Shown: positions 20,009 through 39,667, numbered from the stretch's first letter. The stretch is DNA of 64,000 bases from the human T2T-CHM13v2.0 reference genome, Homo sapiens (GCF_009914755.1 NC_060939.1), one strand, 5' to 3'. Made by a program: numbers and translations. Notes: generated from the sequence alone by a model not told the origin.

Positions 20009-21633
20009 AGAAATATCCCTTGTCTTTTTAAAATAAAGCATGCTCATAAAAACTACTGACAGCTCCCCTCAAGAACGCCACCTCCCTAATTTTAACTGCT
20101 GCTAATTGCCTAGGATCTAGCCATCCAGACCTTTCAGACGATTGGGAATTCATAGGGAACCGTCAAGTTGCTGCTTTCTTCCAACGTATTGTTTCCTTCA
20201 CTTTCCCATCACCTGATGTGAACGTGGGAAGATGTCTTAGCTTTTCTAGTCATTTTCAGGACTTAGGTTCATTTTCAGATGTTAAAACATCCCACCTAAA
20301 TCAAAACCTTGGTCTCTCATCCCACTGGCAGACCAGCTCTTCTGCTCTGGCCCTACGCTCTCTGCTCTCTGGCTCCTGAAATGTGCTTTTTTAAGTTCCC
20401 TAGAAACCCACCACCTGCGTCCTGGCCACTCCCAATGCCCCTGGGGAGGGGGTCGCATGCCCCATTCCACTGAACATTCTGCCTAACTTCTTGGGGCTGC
20501 CTTCAGTTCTCACTTTTGGCACTGTGTCCCCGGGATTCCCCTGGCCCCGGGAGGCCACCTTCTTGGGTGGGGGCCTGTCAATATGCCCAGTTATTCACTT
20601 GGCCTGTAGGAAGTCCTTAACTAGACAGGGCGCTTTTCGTATTTGTGGCCATCCTGCATCATTCAATATGTATCCCTTCTATATTTGGGGAAATTCCCAC
20701 ATTTAGTCCATCTACCCATGTGCAGCCAGGATGCAGCTATGTGACCTCTGCCAACCAGATGAAGCTGTGTGCCCTCAGCTGTGGAGGGAGATGTTGGTGT
20801 GAGGCAGTGACAACAGTGATGTTTTTACTGGAGCAGTGCTCAGCAGATGCTCGGTGTTGCTGACTTTCTAGGCCTGGCTTTCTCGCTCCCCTGCCCCGCC
20901 CCCCACATTCAGTGTTCTTTAAAAACTTATACTCTGTTTAAATTAACGAGTTGAGTTTTCACTAAGAACTAGCACCACGTCCTTGCTTAGCCTCACGGTT
21001 ACAGGCAGCCTGCACCCACTGTGGCCCTCTCTCCTCGCCCTGCCATCGCCCACTGTGCCAGCCAGCCTGGGAGCCTGGCATGGGTTCCTCTACTTATGCA
21101 CGTCTCCAAGCTCCGGGAGACACACACGAAGCTTGTCTAAGATCCTGCTCCCTGTTCCTCCGCAGTCTTTGTAGTTTGCTGGGCCGATAAGGCTCCGTAG
21201 CTTACCCAGAGGCAGATGCCAGACTCCCATACTGCACGCAGCCTCGCAGTGGCTTTCTTGGTTCTCACCTAGCTTAAGGGAAAAGGTATGCACCCCTCCC
21301 TCATCCTCAGGGAAGGGAAATGCTCACATTCTTTACTCCTAGGAATCCCCTTCAGAGACACCGTCCTGTCCCTCCCCCTCTCCTCCTCTTCACTCCCCTC
21401 CCTCTCCTCACTAATGAATCTCTAGCGTTCTCTCCTGCACCCATCCGGAGTGGGGGTTGCGGACCACCTTGACCATCATGAGTGTGTTCCAAATAGAGAT
21501 GGTCTGGCATCTCTCTTTAGCAAGTGTGAGCTCTTACCACCTTTGTCCTTATCTTTAGGGCATCTGCAAAACTCTAGGACAACAGGAAAAGTCTCATTCC
21601 AGATCCTGTCTCACATATATTTTCTGTACATAG

Positions 21634-22110
<477 letters not shown>

Positions 22111-23111
22111 TGATGCATAAATTTGACAGTGTGTACATTTTTTTTTTCATTGACAAGCTGTTATTAAATCGACTTTTTACCTTATACTGATGGCTTCTCA
22201 GAGACAAGGTCATCACGTGCCGTACCACCATGTATACCAGCATCAAATGAAACACTACGGCAGTGCCTGAGGTGGTCAGTCATTTTGTCTTTATTTACAC
22301 GTGGCAAAACTGGGCTCCGACTAAGAGACTGGCCCAGTTTTACAGCTGCCCAGTCTGGGACCATCTCCACACCCACCTCCCACGTAGCCTGGGTTGCTTA
22401 TTAAGAGAGACCAAGCCGGTGTTTGGATCAGTTTGGGTCTTAGAGTGGTTTTATTATGTTTCCTGACCCTGAACGCAAGCCGTGATGAGAATATATCTGC
22501 CGTTTGTTTTGAATTGAAGGGAGATAAGAAAGGACCACTGAAGCTCTAGGAATAGACTCAGGGCTAGGCACTTCTGGAGGTGGAGAAGGATTTTGTGAGA
22601 GGAGACAAGCTGGGAATGGCAGTGGGTCCACAGGAGGGTCAGCAGAAGGAGAGGAGACTGGAACGAACTGATGCCTGGAGGTGTTTGTAAAATTAAAGAG
22701 AACTTGATTGTGGTCCTTGAAGGAGGGACATGAAAGTAGAGGTGATTTCAGGTGGGACACTTACTTAGGCCAGTGATTCTCAGGTGGAAACACAGGTTCC
22801 TGATCTCCTTGCTCAGAATCTCTAGGATGGCCCAGGAATCTGCATTTTAAACATGCTCTCCAGGTGGTTCTCAGGCCTGCTGCAGCTGGAGCCACTGGCA
22901 GATACCATTGGCCTCAAGGCCAGAAAGCTAATGCTCTTTTATGACCCTTGCCACTGACCAGATACATGCTTCAAAGTAAGGCCAGGTTACTGCACCCCTG
23001 GGAAGATCCACAGCCTTTTTGATTTTGCGGCCCACACTGACCTCCTCCTGGCTTAATCTTGTCCCATCTTCACTGAGCCACTCAGCTGGCCTTCAGCACA
23101 TATCATCTTCA

Positions 23112-23486
<375 letters not shown>

Positions 23487-24285
23487 TTATACTGCTTTGC
23501 ATCTTACTGCCCAGCCCTGAGCTCTGCACTTTCTAGGATCTCTGTAAATGCCCATTACCTAAGGAGTCCTAACCAATAAAATTGCCATCAGTGATGTAGA
23601 GACCTTGGTTTGCTTTCCCTCCAGTTTCTACCCTTTTGGAAGAAATGATGTTGGTTAGAAGAAAGGAAGATCCTTCCGGCATCCCAGGAGATTTACGTAG
23701 AGTGTCATCACGTAGTAGCATCATGCAGGGGGACAGCTCCGAGTGGGGAGCCTTCCATGAAGACATGGGTTCTTCAGAGAGAGGAGTTAGTGAGTGGCAC
23801 TTCCTCAACTCCTAGCTTAAAGCAGGCCCTACCTGGTGCCAAGGGGCGTTGTGCCACTGGTATTCAAATGAAGCTCTGCCAACAATTTAACCCTCGTCAT
23901 CATGCACAGACCTGTGATCTGTGAGGGGAGACTGACTTCCCTGGGAATGAGGACAGGAAAGCACTACACCAGAGGGGCAAATCCAGGAAATCCTGGTGCC
24001 ATCTTCCCAGAGTTTCTAGTACTATGTGGGGCACTAGCCTATATATTGATATACCAGTAATTAAAAGCGAATGACTCTTCCTAAAATTCTTCTCCTTTGC
24101 TAATGATTTTTATCTACTTGGTCAGGAACGCTATCAGATTTAAGCCTGCCATATTTGTACCCACTCTACTTGCCAGCTTGTAAGTCCTGGAGTGTTGGGA
24201 GGGGAAGGACACACAAGGAAACCCAAGGTTTAATCTCAAGGTTATGCTATTGGTTTCGTTTAGGGGGTTAGGGTTTATGGCAAAA

Positions 24286-24317
<32 letters not shown>

Positions 24318-24375
24318 TAGGGTCTCAGGGGGACTAGCTGTTGCTGAAACAATTCATAGAAATATTGTGACGGGA

Positions 24376-24688
24376 GCCGGGCGCGGTGGCTCAGGCCTGT
24401 CATCCCAGCACTTTAGGAGGCTGAGGTGGGCGGATCACTTGAGATCAGGAATTGGAGACCAGCCTGGCCAACATGGTAAAGCCCCATCTCTACTAAAAAT
24501 ACAAAAATTAGCCAGGTATGGTGGAGAGCCCCTGTAGTCCCAACTACTCAGGAGGCTGAGGCAGGAGAATTACTTGAACCCAGGAGGTGGAGGCTTCAGT
24601 GAGCCGAGATCGTGCCACAGCACTCCAGCCTGGGCAATACAGCAAGACTTGGTCTCAAAAAAAAAATTAATTAAAAAAAGAAGAAAAA
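24376..24688 (+). mobile_element. AluSx-like
   Basis: Alu dimer; TSD AGAAATATTGTGA. Confidence 0.93.
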
Positions 24689-24904
24689 GAAATATTGTGA
24701 TGGGGATAGTTCCCAAACTGGCTACATATTTTCTTTTGTGTAAGGATATCTGTTACTATTTTTGCTTTTGCCATTGTCCTCCATTTTTCAGATTTTTACT
24801 ACAGTGCTCTGTGGGGAAGAGGGTATAATTAAGCAAGTATTTGAACTTAAATAGTCCACAGCCACCCTTCAGAGCTTGTGATTAAGATTCTCCCCTCAAA
24901 AGGG

Positions 24905-25960
<1,056 letters not shown>

Positions 25961-26215
25961 TGTTCAACACAAACCCACAAATATCAGCCTATAAATAAGA
26001 GTATATGCTTGCTTAATTCTGAGCAAGGATTTCTATGCCTGGGTATTGACATAGGGACCTCAAGAGAGGATGGAGCAGGGAAGTTGAAAGATTAAGGTGG
26101 AAGCTGCAGAGAGGTTTAACTTTTATGTATTTATATATAATACAAAGATATATATACCAATATATGTGATGTAAAATGTATTATTTTATGTGTTGCAGTG
26201 GACAATTGTCTATAA

Positions 26216-27308
<1,093 letters not shown>

Positions 27309-28603
27309 ATGTAGTATGAAAAGTATTGAAGAAAGAGGACTTTTTCCCTCCATTTACCAAAGAATAGTTACTTGCCTGGTGCCATGTAGTATTCACTGGC
27401 AAAGTTAATTATATCCGGGTTCCTAACATATTTTAGTTAATAGCATGTAAAGCAAAAGATTAATTTGGAAATTTGCAAAGTGTTTGAAAGGTGGCATTTA
27501 TACTTAAGATTTGCTTGATTGAAGGAGGGTTAGAGATACTGGGACAGCCGCTGCAGCCCTAGCTCATTGTTGGTGGTTCTCAAAATCATAGATATTTTAG
27601 TTCTCCAGAAACTCTGCAGAATTCTGGAGGGAAAATGACATCAGGCTGGGGCTGAGGATTGCTTGCTGGGTGGTATTATTTTCAGCCTAGGCCAGCTAGG
27701 GGCGAGGAGCAAGTGGATCCTTTGTCTCAGTGGGGTCACTTACAGAAGTGTTTGTTAGGGAAGCTCTAAAGTGGAAAAAAGATATTGAGGGGAAGGGAAG
27801 AATTACGATAATTGTCCTTTTGGCTTTCTGAAAAGAGTAACTGAGTAATGATGGATGGTTTGATTTTGTGTAACCTTATTTTGTGTTTCCCATGCTGCAT
27901 GAGACCAGTAGTAATTGACAGACTACATCACTAAGTAAGTGAAAAAGAGCAAACAATAGAAAGTTAAAGGGGTCCACAAGAGACCTTGGCTCACCTAGAG
28001 ATGAAAGCCACTGTGGGCTCTCTGCCCATTCATTTAGCAGATTTGCAGCTAATAATTTTGCAATAGACTGGAGATTGGAGTGGGAGAATGCTCAGGTGTG
28101 TGATTGATTTTCTTCATTTTAGCTCCTTGTTAATGGAGTAAAATATTAGGGGGTCAAGGTAACAACAAGGAGGACCAGCATCTGTTGTACAGAAACCTTT
28201 CTCATCAAGCACAAGAAATACAACCTTCTCCTCCTGAGGGTGTGGAACATGATGTCCATGAAACATGCCAGAGCTCAGTGGCTTCCCCCTAGGAGCAGAT
28301 TCTAAAGCAGGCTTTATGATGTTAGAACTGAACCTCACATGCATGCAATGCTATCTCCACGTAAAAGAACCCCAAGGTTTTGTGAGAGCACATGCTGCCA
28401 GCCACTCACCAACATTTGGCCAGTCTTGTTTAGGGACCCAGAAAGCTTATCTCAGCTGAGCCTCAGAACCACATCAGAAGTGTCCAAACCTGGTCTAGCA
28501 TACAATTAGTTACCTATGCCATAGTCCCTCCCTGCTTCTTCCTTGCTAAGACAACCGAGATTATGTTTATGGAAACAATATGCCTATCCCCAAGGGATGA
28601 ATC

Positions 28604-28900
28604 TTTTTTTTTTTGAGATGGAGTCTTGCTCTGTCGCCCAGGCTGGAGTGCAGTGGCGTGATCTTGGCTCACTGCCACTGCAACCTCCACCTCCTGGTTT
28701 CAAGTGAGTCTCCTGTCTCAGCCTCCTGAGTAGCTGGGATTACAGGTGTGTGCCACCATGCCTGACTAATTTTTGTATTTTTAGTAGAGACGGGGTTTCG
28801 CCATGTCGGCCAGGCTGGTCTCAAACTCCTAACCTCAGGTGATCTGCCCACCTCAGCCTCCCAAAGTGGTGGGATTACAGGCGTGAGCCACCGTGTCCGG
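28604..28900 (-). mobile_element. AluSx-like inside an MLT1-like LTR (about 28510-29240)
   Basis: 17-bp TSD CCCAAGGGATGAATCTT. Flanking MLT1 motif GGAGCTGTAGCAGCCATT. Confidence 0.88.
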
Positions 28901-30307
28901 TCCCAAGGGATGAATCTTGACTGGACTAGGTTCACATAGCACCCCTAACTCCCTTGGCCAGCTGCCTATTGGCCCAGGCTCCTTTGCAGCCCTGTCCTAG
29001 CTCTGCCCAGGGAGACATCAGGAAATGTTGTCTGGAGAGCTTAGAAAGATGCCTCCTGAATAAAAGATCAAAGCCTTGTAAAGAGAAAGCCTTTGATTCT
29101 TTCTTCTCGTTTGGGAGTCGGTGTGAGGATGTGCAAGCTGGAGCTGTAGCAGCCATTCTGCAACCACAGGGAAACAAGCATAAGGAATCTATCACACACA
29201 AGACAGGGGCATGGAAGGATGAGAAGAGCTTGGGTTCTCTGTACACTGAAAACTAGAAAACATTGTTGAAAGAAATTGTAGAATGCACAAATAAGTAGAA
29301 CGATATCCTATGTTCATAGATTGGAATAATTCATATTATTGAAATGTCCATACTGCCCAAAGCAATCTATAGGTTCAATACAATTCCTATCAAAATTCCA
29401 ATAGTGAGTTGGGTGCAGTGTCTTGAACCTGTAATCCAGGCTATTTGGGAGTCTTAGGCAGGAGAATTGCTTGAGCCCAGGGGTTCCAGACCAGCCTAGG
29501 CAACATAGCAAGACCCCCAACTCTAAAAAAAATTCAAAATTATCCAAGCATAATAGTGCGTGCCTGTTGTCCCAGCTACTCTGAAGGCTGAGGTAGAAGG
29601 ATGACTTGAGCCCACGTGTTTCAGGCTACAGTGAGCTATGATTGTGCTGCTGTACTCCAGCCTTGATGATGGAGTGAGACTCTCTCTAAACAAACAAAAA
29701 TTCCAATGGCACTTTTCACAGAAAAAAAAAAATTCCTAAAATTTGTATGGAACCACAAAAGACCCCAGATAGCTAAAGCAACTTTGAGCAAGAAGAAAAA
29801 AAGCCAGAGGCAGCACACTTTCTGATTTAAGCTATATTACAAAGCTATTGTAATCAAAACCACATGGTCCTGGCATAAAAACAGGCTGACCAATGGAACA
29901 GAACAAAGAGCCCAGAAATAAACCCATGCCTTTATGGTCAACTAATTGGACAAAAGTGCCAAAAATACACAATGGGAAAAGGATAGTCTCTTCAATAGAA
30001 AAACTGGGAAAACTGGATATTTACATTAAAAAAGTAATCTGAACGCTTATCTTGCACCATACATAAAAATCAAAACCCTAGAGGAAAACATATGGTGAAA
30101 GCTGCTTGACATTGGTCTTGGCATTGATATTTTGGAGGCAAAACCTCAGGCAACAAAAGCAAAAATAAACAAGCAGGAATGACGTCAAATAAAAAAGTTT
30201 CTGCACATCAAAGGAAACAACAAAATGAAAAGGCAACCTACTGAATGGGAGGAAGTATGTTTTAGCAATATATCTGATAAGCAGTTATCAGATAAGGAGT
30301 TAAAATC

Positions 30308-30895
<588 letters not shown>

Positions 30896-31231
30896 TCACC
30901 TCACACCTTTTAGGATGACTATTATAAAAAAGTCAAAAGTCAAAAGATAACAAGTGTTGGCAAAGATGTGGAAAACAGAGAACCTTGTGTATTGTGGTAG
31001 GAATGTAAATTGGTACAGCCAGTATGGAAAACAGTATGGATGCTCCTCAAAAAACTCAAAATAGAACTACCGTATGATCCAGCAATCCCACTGCTGAGTG
31101 GGATTTCCTTTCCTTTCAAAGGAAAGGAAATCACTATCTTGAAGAGATATCTGCACTCTTACATTTATTGCAGCACTATTCACAATGTCCAAGATTTGGA
31201 AGCAACCTAAGTGTCCATCAATAGACAAATA

Positions 31232-31291
31232 TGTGTGTGTACACACACACACACACCCACAGACATATATATATATATATATATATATATA
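31232..31291. repeat. Compound (TG)n(CA)n(TA)n microsatellite
   Basis: Directly visible. Confidence 0.9.
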
Positions 31292-31442
31292 GTGGAATAT
31301 TATTCAGCCTTTAAAAAGAGCTCAATAATATTGCCACTTGCAACAAGATGGATGTACCTTGAGAATATTATGCTAAGCCAGTCACAGAAAGACAAATACT
31401 GCACGATCTCACTTATAGTTAGAATTTTTTTTTTTTTTTTAG

Positions 31443-31655
<213 letters not shown>

Positions 31656-32213
31656 TAGTCCACCTGCCTGGGCCTCCCAAAGTGCTGGGATTACAGGCGT
31701 GAGCCACTGTGCCCAGCCTATATGTAGAATCTTTTTTTTAAAAGAAAAGTTGAACTCATAGTAACAAGAGAGTAGAATGATAGTTACCAGGGGTTGCGGG
31801 GGGCAGGTGGTGAGGGAGAAGAGGAGATATTGGTCAAAGGGTATAAATCTTCAGTTATAAAATGAATACATGCTGGAGACCTAATATATTAGGTCTGTGA
31901 CTAATAATGGTTAATAATAACCACCATAGTGACTAATAATGGTCAATAACAACATATTGTATGCTTAAATTTGCTGAGAGGAAATCTCCAGTATTCTCAT
32001 TACTACCAAACAAAAAAGGTAATTATATGATGTGATCGGTATGTTAATTACCTTGATTGTGGTAATCATTTCACAATGTATACATATATCAAAACATTAC
32101 AGTTTATGTCTCAAATATATACAATTTTATTTGTCAGTCATACCTCAGCTATGCGGGGGAAAAAAGAGCTTGGGTGCCACTTCTCCAGTTCTGGAATCAT
32201 CTACCTCTAGTCC

Positions 32214-32515
<302 letters not shown>

Positions 32516-32724
32516 TGAAGTCTTCATTGCCTAAGTCACTGCTAGGTATACTGTTGTTTGCAAACAAAAGTATTTCTAACTGATACACCCTATCTCTGGT
32601 TCTTCAGCTTGGTCAGCATAGCTTCTGCTAATTCCAACACAGTAGCTTTGCAACCATTTAACTTCATTTGCAAAATAGGGATAAAAATAACTACTTTACC
32701 TTGAGCAAACTTTCTGATTCAGTA

Positions 32725-33075
32725 GATCAGAGTGTGGTCGGTGGGTCAGCAGATCAGTATCCTCTGGGAATTTGTTAGAAATGTACATTTTCGAACACTC
32801 CAGACATACTAAATTAGAAATTTCATGGGCGGAGCCAGCAAGCTGGGTTTTAATAAGCCCTTTAGGTGATTATTCTGGTACATGAGAACGTTTGAGAACC
32901 ACTGATACAGAGGGTCAAGTGGAATGGCTGCATGTCAGAAACACCTGGGAAACTTAAAGAGCTTCTCAAACTTCACCTGCAGAGTTCTGATTTAGCATTT
33001 CTGCAGTGCACCTATGAGTTTCTGTTTCCCCAAAGATCCCCAGGTGATTCAGAGTAAAACCAGGCATGGGAAACG
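32725..33075. mobile_element. MER5A/MER5B DNA transposon copies
   Basis: TGTTAGAAATGTACATT..., TTTAATAAGCCCTTTAGGTGATT..TTTGAGAACCACTG and CCCCAGGTGATTC. Confidence 0.75.
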
Positions 33076-33899
33076 CTGAAATGGGTATGAAAGCAGGTCA
33101 TGTGTGCCATGGGGCTGTCACTCAAGTAAGAGGTGATGAACAGACCTGGGGTCCTCTGGGGACAGGTGAGTTGAATTCTGCCTTTTTTTAGGGGACTGAC
33201 TACTTGATCTTAGCAGCCTTTTTCAGCCCTAAAATTCCAAGGATATTAGCTTAGGAAGGTTGAACTTGGCAGATCTCGCTGGAACACATATATGGGTAAA
33301 TACATAGACTCATGACCAACAAGTGGAAGAGACTGGAATTTGACTAAAGTCTTAAAAGCAGCCTTCCCACCCACCCAGTAAATCCAAAACAGGTTTTATC
33401 TTCCACTTTTACCAGGTTTATGGAATAGCAGGTTGGCACTTCGGATGTTCATTTTTAGAGTGCTAGACTATGCCTGCTTCGTGCTAGGCTTGTGTTTTGA
33501 GGGTTATTTTGTTTGGGAAATATTATTTTTAAATAACAAACAGGCTCAGCATTCCCATCGTCATAGGGAATTTTGCCTTCTAAAATGTGCTGCTTGTTAA
33601 GGATTAAAACCTCCAGCTGAAGCCACCTGCTTATTGTCCATCTAAATATGATTTTACCATCTTTTCCTCCCTCATCTTTGCCCTTGTACCAGAGAGGCCA
33701 GTCGTTTCTTCCCCTCTCCCATATCTCCTTTCCAGGAAACTGCTGCCACTTTTTCAGGGAATCTGCTCCTCCGCTCAACCCATGCTGAGTGAATGAATGA
33801 ATCCCTGGAGCTGCTTAAACAACCATAAGCACCTCACTGATCATTTTGGAAGATACCAAGATGCTAATTCATTATTTTGAAAACAAATAAAGGGGCGAA

Positions 33900-35107
33900 A
33901 GTTAAGCATTTTCCTTCTTTGCTTATATAAACCATACCTTAGGCTAATCCATTAACTGAGGAGGGAAAGTCTGAATAGAAGCTGACCAATGAAAAAGGGA
34001 CAACAAAATTAAAATATCACCATTTTTGCAAACCTTAATGAATTAATTGATATAGGAAGCAATTATCAATGGCTGTTAGTATAATAAAAAGAGGGACAAG
34101 AAGACAATATGTGTCTCCTACTGAAGTTATGGCACCACCTATGAAATCTTGCAAAAAAATTGAACCTGAATCTGATTAAAATCTATAAACTAATTAAAAT
34201 GTATAGGAAACATAGGGGACAGAGAAACATGTTAGAAAACTGCTAAGGAGGCCAGGTGCATTGGCTCACACCTGTAATCCCAGCACTTTGGGAGGCTGAG
34301 GCAGGCGGATCACCTGAGTTAGGGGGTTCGAGACTAGCCTGGCCAACATGGAGAAGCCCCATCTCTACTAAAAATACAAAATTAGCCGGGCGTGGTGGTA
34401 CATGCCTGTAATCCCAGCTACTCAGGAGGCTGAGGCAGGAGAATAACTTGAACCCGGGAGGTGGAGGTTGCAGTGAGCCAAGAATCACACCATTGCACTC
34501 CAGCCTGGGCAACAAGAGTGAAACTCCATCTCAAAACAAATAAATAAACAAAAAACAAAACAAAAAAAACTGCTAAGGAAATATAATCACCATAATCCAG
34601 ACTGTGGGAAACTTTGTCAGACAAATGACTCAGTTTTTCCAATTAATTGCAAGGTGAAAAATGAGGTAGAGGAAGGGGAAACCTGTAGATTTAATGAGAC
34701 CTAAGAGTCATATTAATCATAATGTGTGGCCTCTTTGGCTCCTGATTCAACAAACCTTAAAAAAATATATACAGGACAAATGGGGGAAATGTAAACAATG
34801 CCTGGATATTTAATGATATAAAGAAAATCCTGGCCAGGCATGGTGGCTCACTCCCGTGATTTTAACACTTTGGGAGGCCAAGGCGGGAAGATTGCTTGAG
34901 CCTAGGAGTTCGAGACCAGCCTGGGCAACATACTGAGACCTCCTCTCTACAAAAAATACAAAAGGTAGCCGGGTGTGGTGGCTTGTGCTTTTCAGCTACT
35001 CTGGGGGCTGATGGTGGGGGGATCACTTTTAGCCCAGGAGTTCAAGGCTGTAGTGAGTTTCCGTTGTATCACTGCACTCCAGTCTGGCCAACAGAGTGAG
35101 ACCCTGT

Positions 35108-35144
<37 letters not shown>

Positions 35145-35715
35145 GCCGGGTGCAGTGTCTCATGCCTGTAATTCCAGCACTTTGGGAGGCCGAGGCGGTT
35201 GGCTCACTTGAGGTTGGGAGTTTAAGACCAGCCTGGCCAACATGGTGAAACCCCGTCTCTACTAATAATATAAAAAAAATTAGCTGGGCATGGCGGCACA
35301 CGCCTGTAATCCCAGCTACTTGGGAGGCTGAGGCAAAAGAATTGCTTGAACTGGGATGTAGGGGTTGCAGTGAGCCAAGATCGCGCCAGCGCACTCCAGC
35401 CTGGGTGACAGTGAAACTGTGTCTCAAAGAAGAGATTGTTGACTTGGGGATGATGATAGTTTTGTGATTACTTCTTTTAAAAGGAATCCTTCTCCTCGTT
35501 ATCCTTAGAACTACATATTGAAATACAGGTGAATGAAACGGCATCTAGGATTTATTCCAAAACAGTCATGAGTGGTGGAGACAGGCAGGGATACAGAGAA
35601 AAGATTGCCCATGAGTTAATAACGTTGACGTTGGGTGGTGGGGAATTAGAGGTCCATGATACAATTCTCTACAATTGTATATATTTGAAATTTTCCTTCC
35701 TAAAAAGTTAAATTA
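33900..35715 (+). mobile_element. Old L1M 3'UTR fragments with AluSp/Sq 34250-34569, AluJ 34832-35143 and AluS 35145-35429
   Basis: TTGAACCTGAATCTGATTAA and TCCTGATTCAACAAACC; three Alu dimers. Confidence 0.8.
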
Positions 35716-35982
35716 AAAAAAATTTTTCATAATCTTTACTTCTTTTTTGTATATGTTTTATATTGGCTGTATTAATGTGGTAATTAATGTTTATTATTTA
35801 TAAATACAGATTTGTGAATTTTTACTTGTTCTCCACTACTAGAAATGTGCAAAAAGTTTGGAGTTTTGTATTTTTTAAATTTGCCTGCCCAGAGAGACAG
35901 GAAGGTCCATGAAAGTAATGACCTTCCCATTATATCCCCCACAGGGCTAATACCTTGTGTAGCATGTAAAATACTAATTTGG

Positions 35983-36277
<295 letters not shown>

Positions 36278-36961
36278 CCTCATTTGGAAATACAACTTGT
36301 TGTTAAAACACCATTCTGGAAAGAAGGCTTGCTCACCTGGCTTCCCATTTATGGATATCTCAATTCTGACTTCATTGTCAGTTGGGTTTAGACATTCTAT
36401 GTGATCAATCTTAGTCTCAGAAGACTTTATTAACTTGAGGTTTTATAAAGAGAACATAAAAAGATTGATACTGATTAAATCTGTTATGGAATTTTATAAG
36501 ACTTAGTATAAAATGGATATGAAATCCCAAATACTATAGAGGACAGTTCTGTTTTTCATGCTTAGACCCTCCTTACTAAGGAATACTAAGGGAAGGTGAA
36601 GCCCTTGGTAAGATGTGGTTACAAAACATCTGTCCATTTCTCCTTGGTGTTGGCTCTGAGCCTTTGTCCCTTGCTTCTATTGCCCCACAAACATCTGGTG
36701 TGGATATGATTGGTGGCTTCCTCCTTGGCTGCCCTTCTGCTTTTAGAGAGCTCTCTGTCTCTGTTAATTCCAGTTGCTCTAAGTTCAGACTTTCCCAGGA
36801 TTTCCTTAAGTTTCTTTAACTTGAGCACTCTCTTTTCTTAATTACACATTGCTTAAAGGAACTTCCTCGCTCCTTTAAGAACCTGGGTTCTGAGTTATTT
36901 TGTCTGCATATCTTCTGCTGGGTTGCCCTGTCTCCCAGAAGACTTCTAGATGGTACTGTAG

Positions 36962-37296
<335 letters not shown>

Positions 37297-37382
37297 TACC
37301 AATCCAGTTTTTAAGAGTATATTCAGCCATCTAAATGTGTTGGAATATACTCAGGTTCAACAGACTATGCCCTTTTAATTTA

Positions 37383-38357
<975 letters not shown>

Positions 38358-38364
38358 TGAAATC

Positions 38365-38935
38365 CAACACTTATATAGTACTTACTAAGTGTCAGACGCT
38401 ATGCTAGTGTCTTACAGGCATGACCTCATGTAGTTAGTTCTGTTATTATCCCCATTTTTCAGGTGGGGAAACTGAGGATGGGGGTGTAAGTAGCTCACTC
38501 CAGGTCACAGAGCTAGTAGGTGGGAGTGAGGCTCTGACTGTGGCAGCCCAGCTCCAGGATCTATTCTTTCTCTCCGCTCTCGGAATGAGCTGAGAGGAGA
38601 AGAAGAGAAAAGCCTGCATGAAAAGACAGAACTACTGGAAGGGAAAGGGAAGTGGGAGAAAAAATACATGGAAAACATTTGAGATTTTTTAGACAAACCT
38701 TATTTTGAAGCCTCTCAAAGCTGCAGTATAAAGGGATGCTGTTTTGGGGGGCACAGCAGTTTAGTGGGAAGAACTGTGGATGAGAAGTCAGAGAACCTGG
38801 GCACTAACCTGGCTCTTCTACCATCTCTGTGACACAAAAAAGTCATTTTGTCACTCTGGCCTTGTTTCCTCATCTAAAAAAGAGAAATTATGCTTATTAT
38901 TACTCTTCCATAGGGTAATTGTAAGAATCTATTCA
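38365..38935. mobile_element. Two MIR fragments
   Basis: TATCCCCATTTTTCAGGTGGGGAAACTGAGG and GTTTCCTCATCTAAAAA. Confidence 0.7.
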
Positions 38936-39055
38936 ACATTACTTTGAAGAAAAGTGCTAGATGGAAGAAAGTTCTAAGGACTCCCATTTTTAGATGAGCT
39001 TAGGAGGACTTTGGTTTGGCATCTGAAGGTAATAAGTTCCTATTTTTGTTTTCAG

Positions 39056-39151
39056 GGCACTATATTTGTATGTGTCTTGTAGAACCCACGCTTGGAAATG
39101 CTGACAGCAGGCTTCAGGACAGCTGAGCCCCACTAAACACCAAGAAAACCC
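39056..39151 (+). other. TMEM266: TMEM266 5'UTR part of the start-codon exon (exon 39056-39189)
   Basis: Polypyrimidine tract and acceptor TTTTTGTTTTCAG|G at 39055/39056. A second possible acceptor lies at 39081-39082. Confidence 0.75.
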
Positions 39152-39189
39152 ATGGCTGTGGCTCCATCTTTCAACATGACCAATCCACA
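39152..39189 (+). CDS. TMEM266: TMEM266 first coding exon, MAVAPSFNMTNP(Q)
   Basis: ATG at 39152 and donor CA|GTAAGT at 39190. 38 coding nt (phase 2) join 42595 in frame. The peptide is recognised as the TMEM266 N-terminus. A second in-frame ATG is at 39176. Confidence 0.9.
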
Positions 39190-39667
39190 GTAAGTAATGC
39201 TGGGATCTGCTCTCTGGATCCAGAACTGTGGCTATAAATCTCCCAGAAGATGAAGATCTTCTAATTTAGGCAGCCACTATGTACATTTCCTTTAGCAGGA
39301 GGCCACAGAAAATGGAGAAACCTTTCAAAAGCAAGACTCAAGACAAGATTAGGAAGCGCTGAAGGTGAATTAATAAAATGGGAATCGCAAGGAAATTTAG
39401 AAATCTGAGAGGGTTTCTAAAACCAGGCTTTATGAAACCCGGGGCAGAATTCTTAAGGGAGAATTGCTTTCATTTCCCAAAACCTGAGATGCCATATGAA
39501 CCAATCACTTAATCTTACCAAGCACCTGCAAGGTGGTCACTTATTTTGTGTTTTGCAACTGGTTGGTATGAATACTAAGATGAAAACAGCACTCATTCTA
39601 TTACACCACACTGTCCTGGCCTATCTAGATATGGGCCTGACTGCTCTGTCATCTGGAGTATGAATCT

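Noticed and set aside
24259-24317. TTAGGG-like words followed by an orphan poly(A) tract
   Set aside because: Only two telomere-like units and no TSD could be identified; too short to call an interstitial telomere or retrocopy.
37315-37352. 10-bp inverted repeat GAGTATATTC/GAATATACTC
   Set aside because: Short and AT-rich with an 18-nt spacer; within chance expectation for 64 kb.
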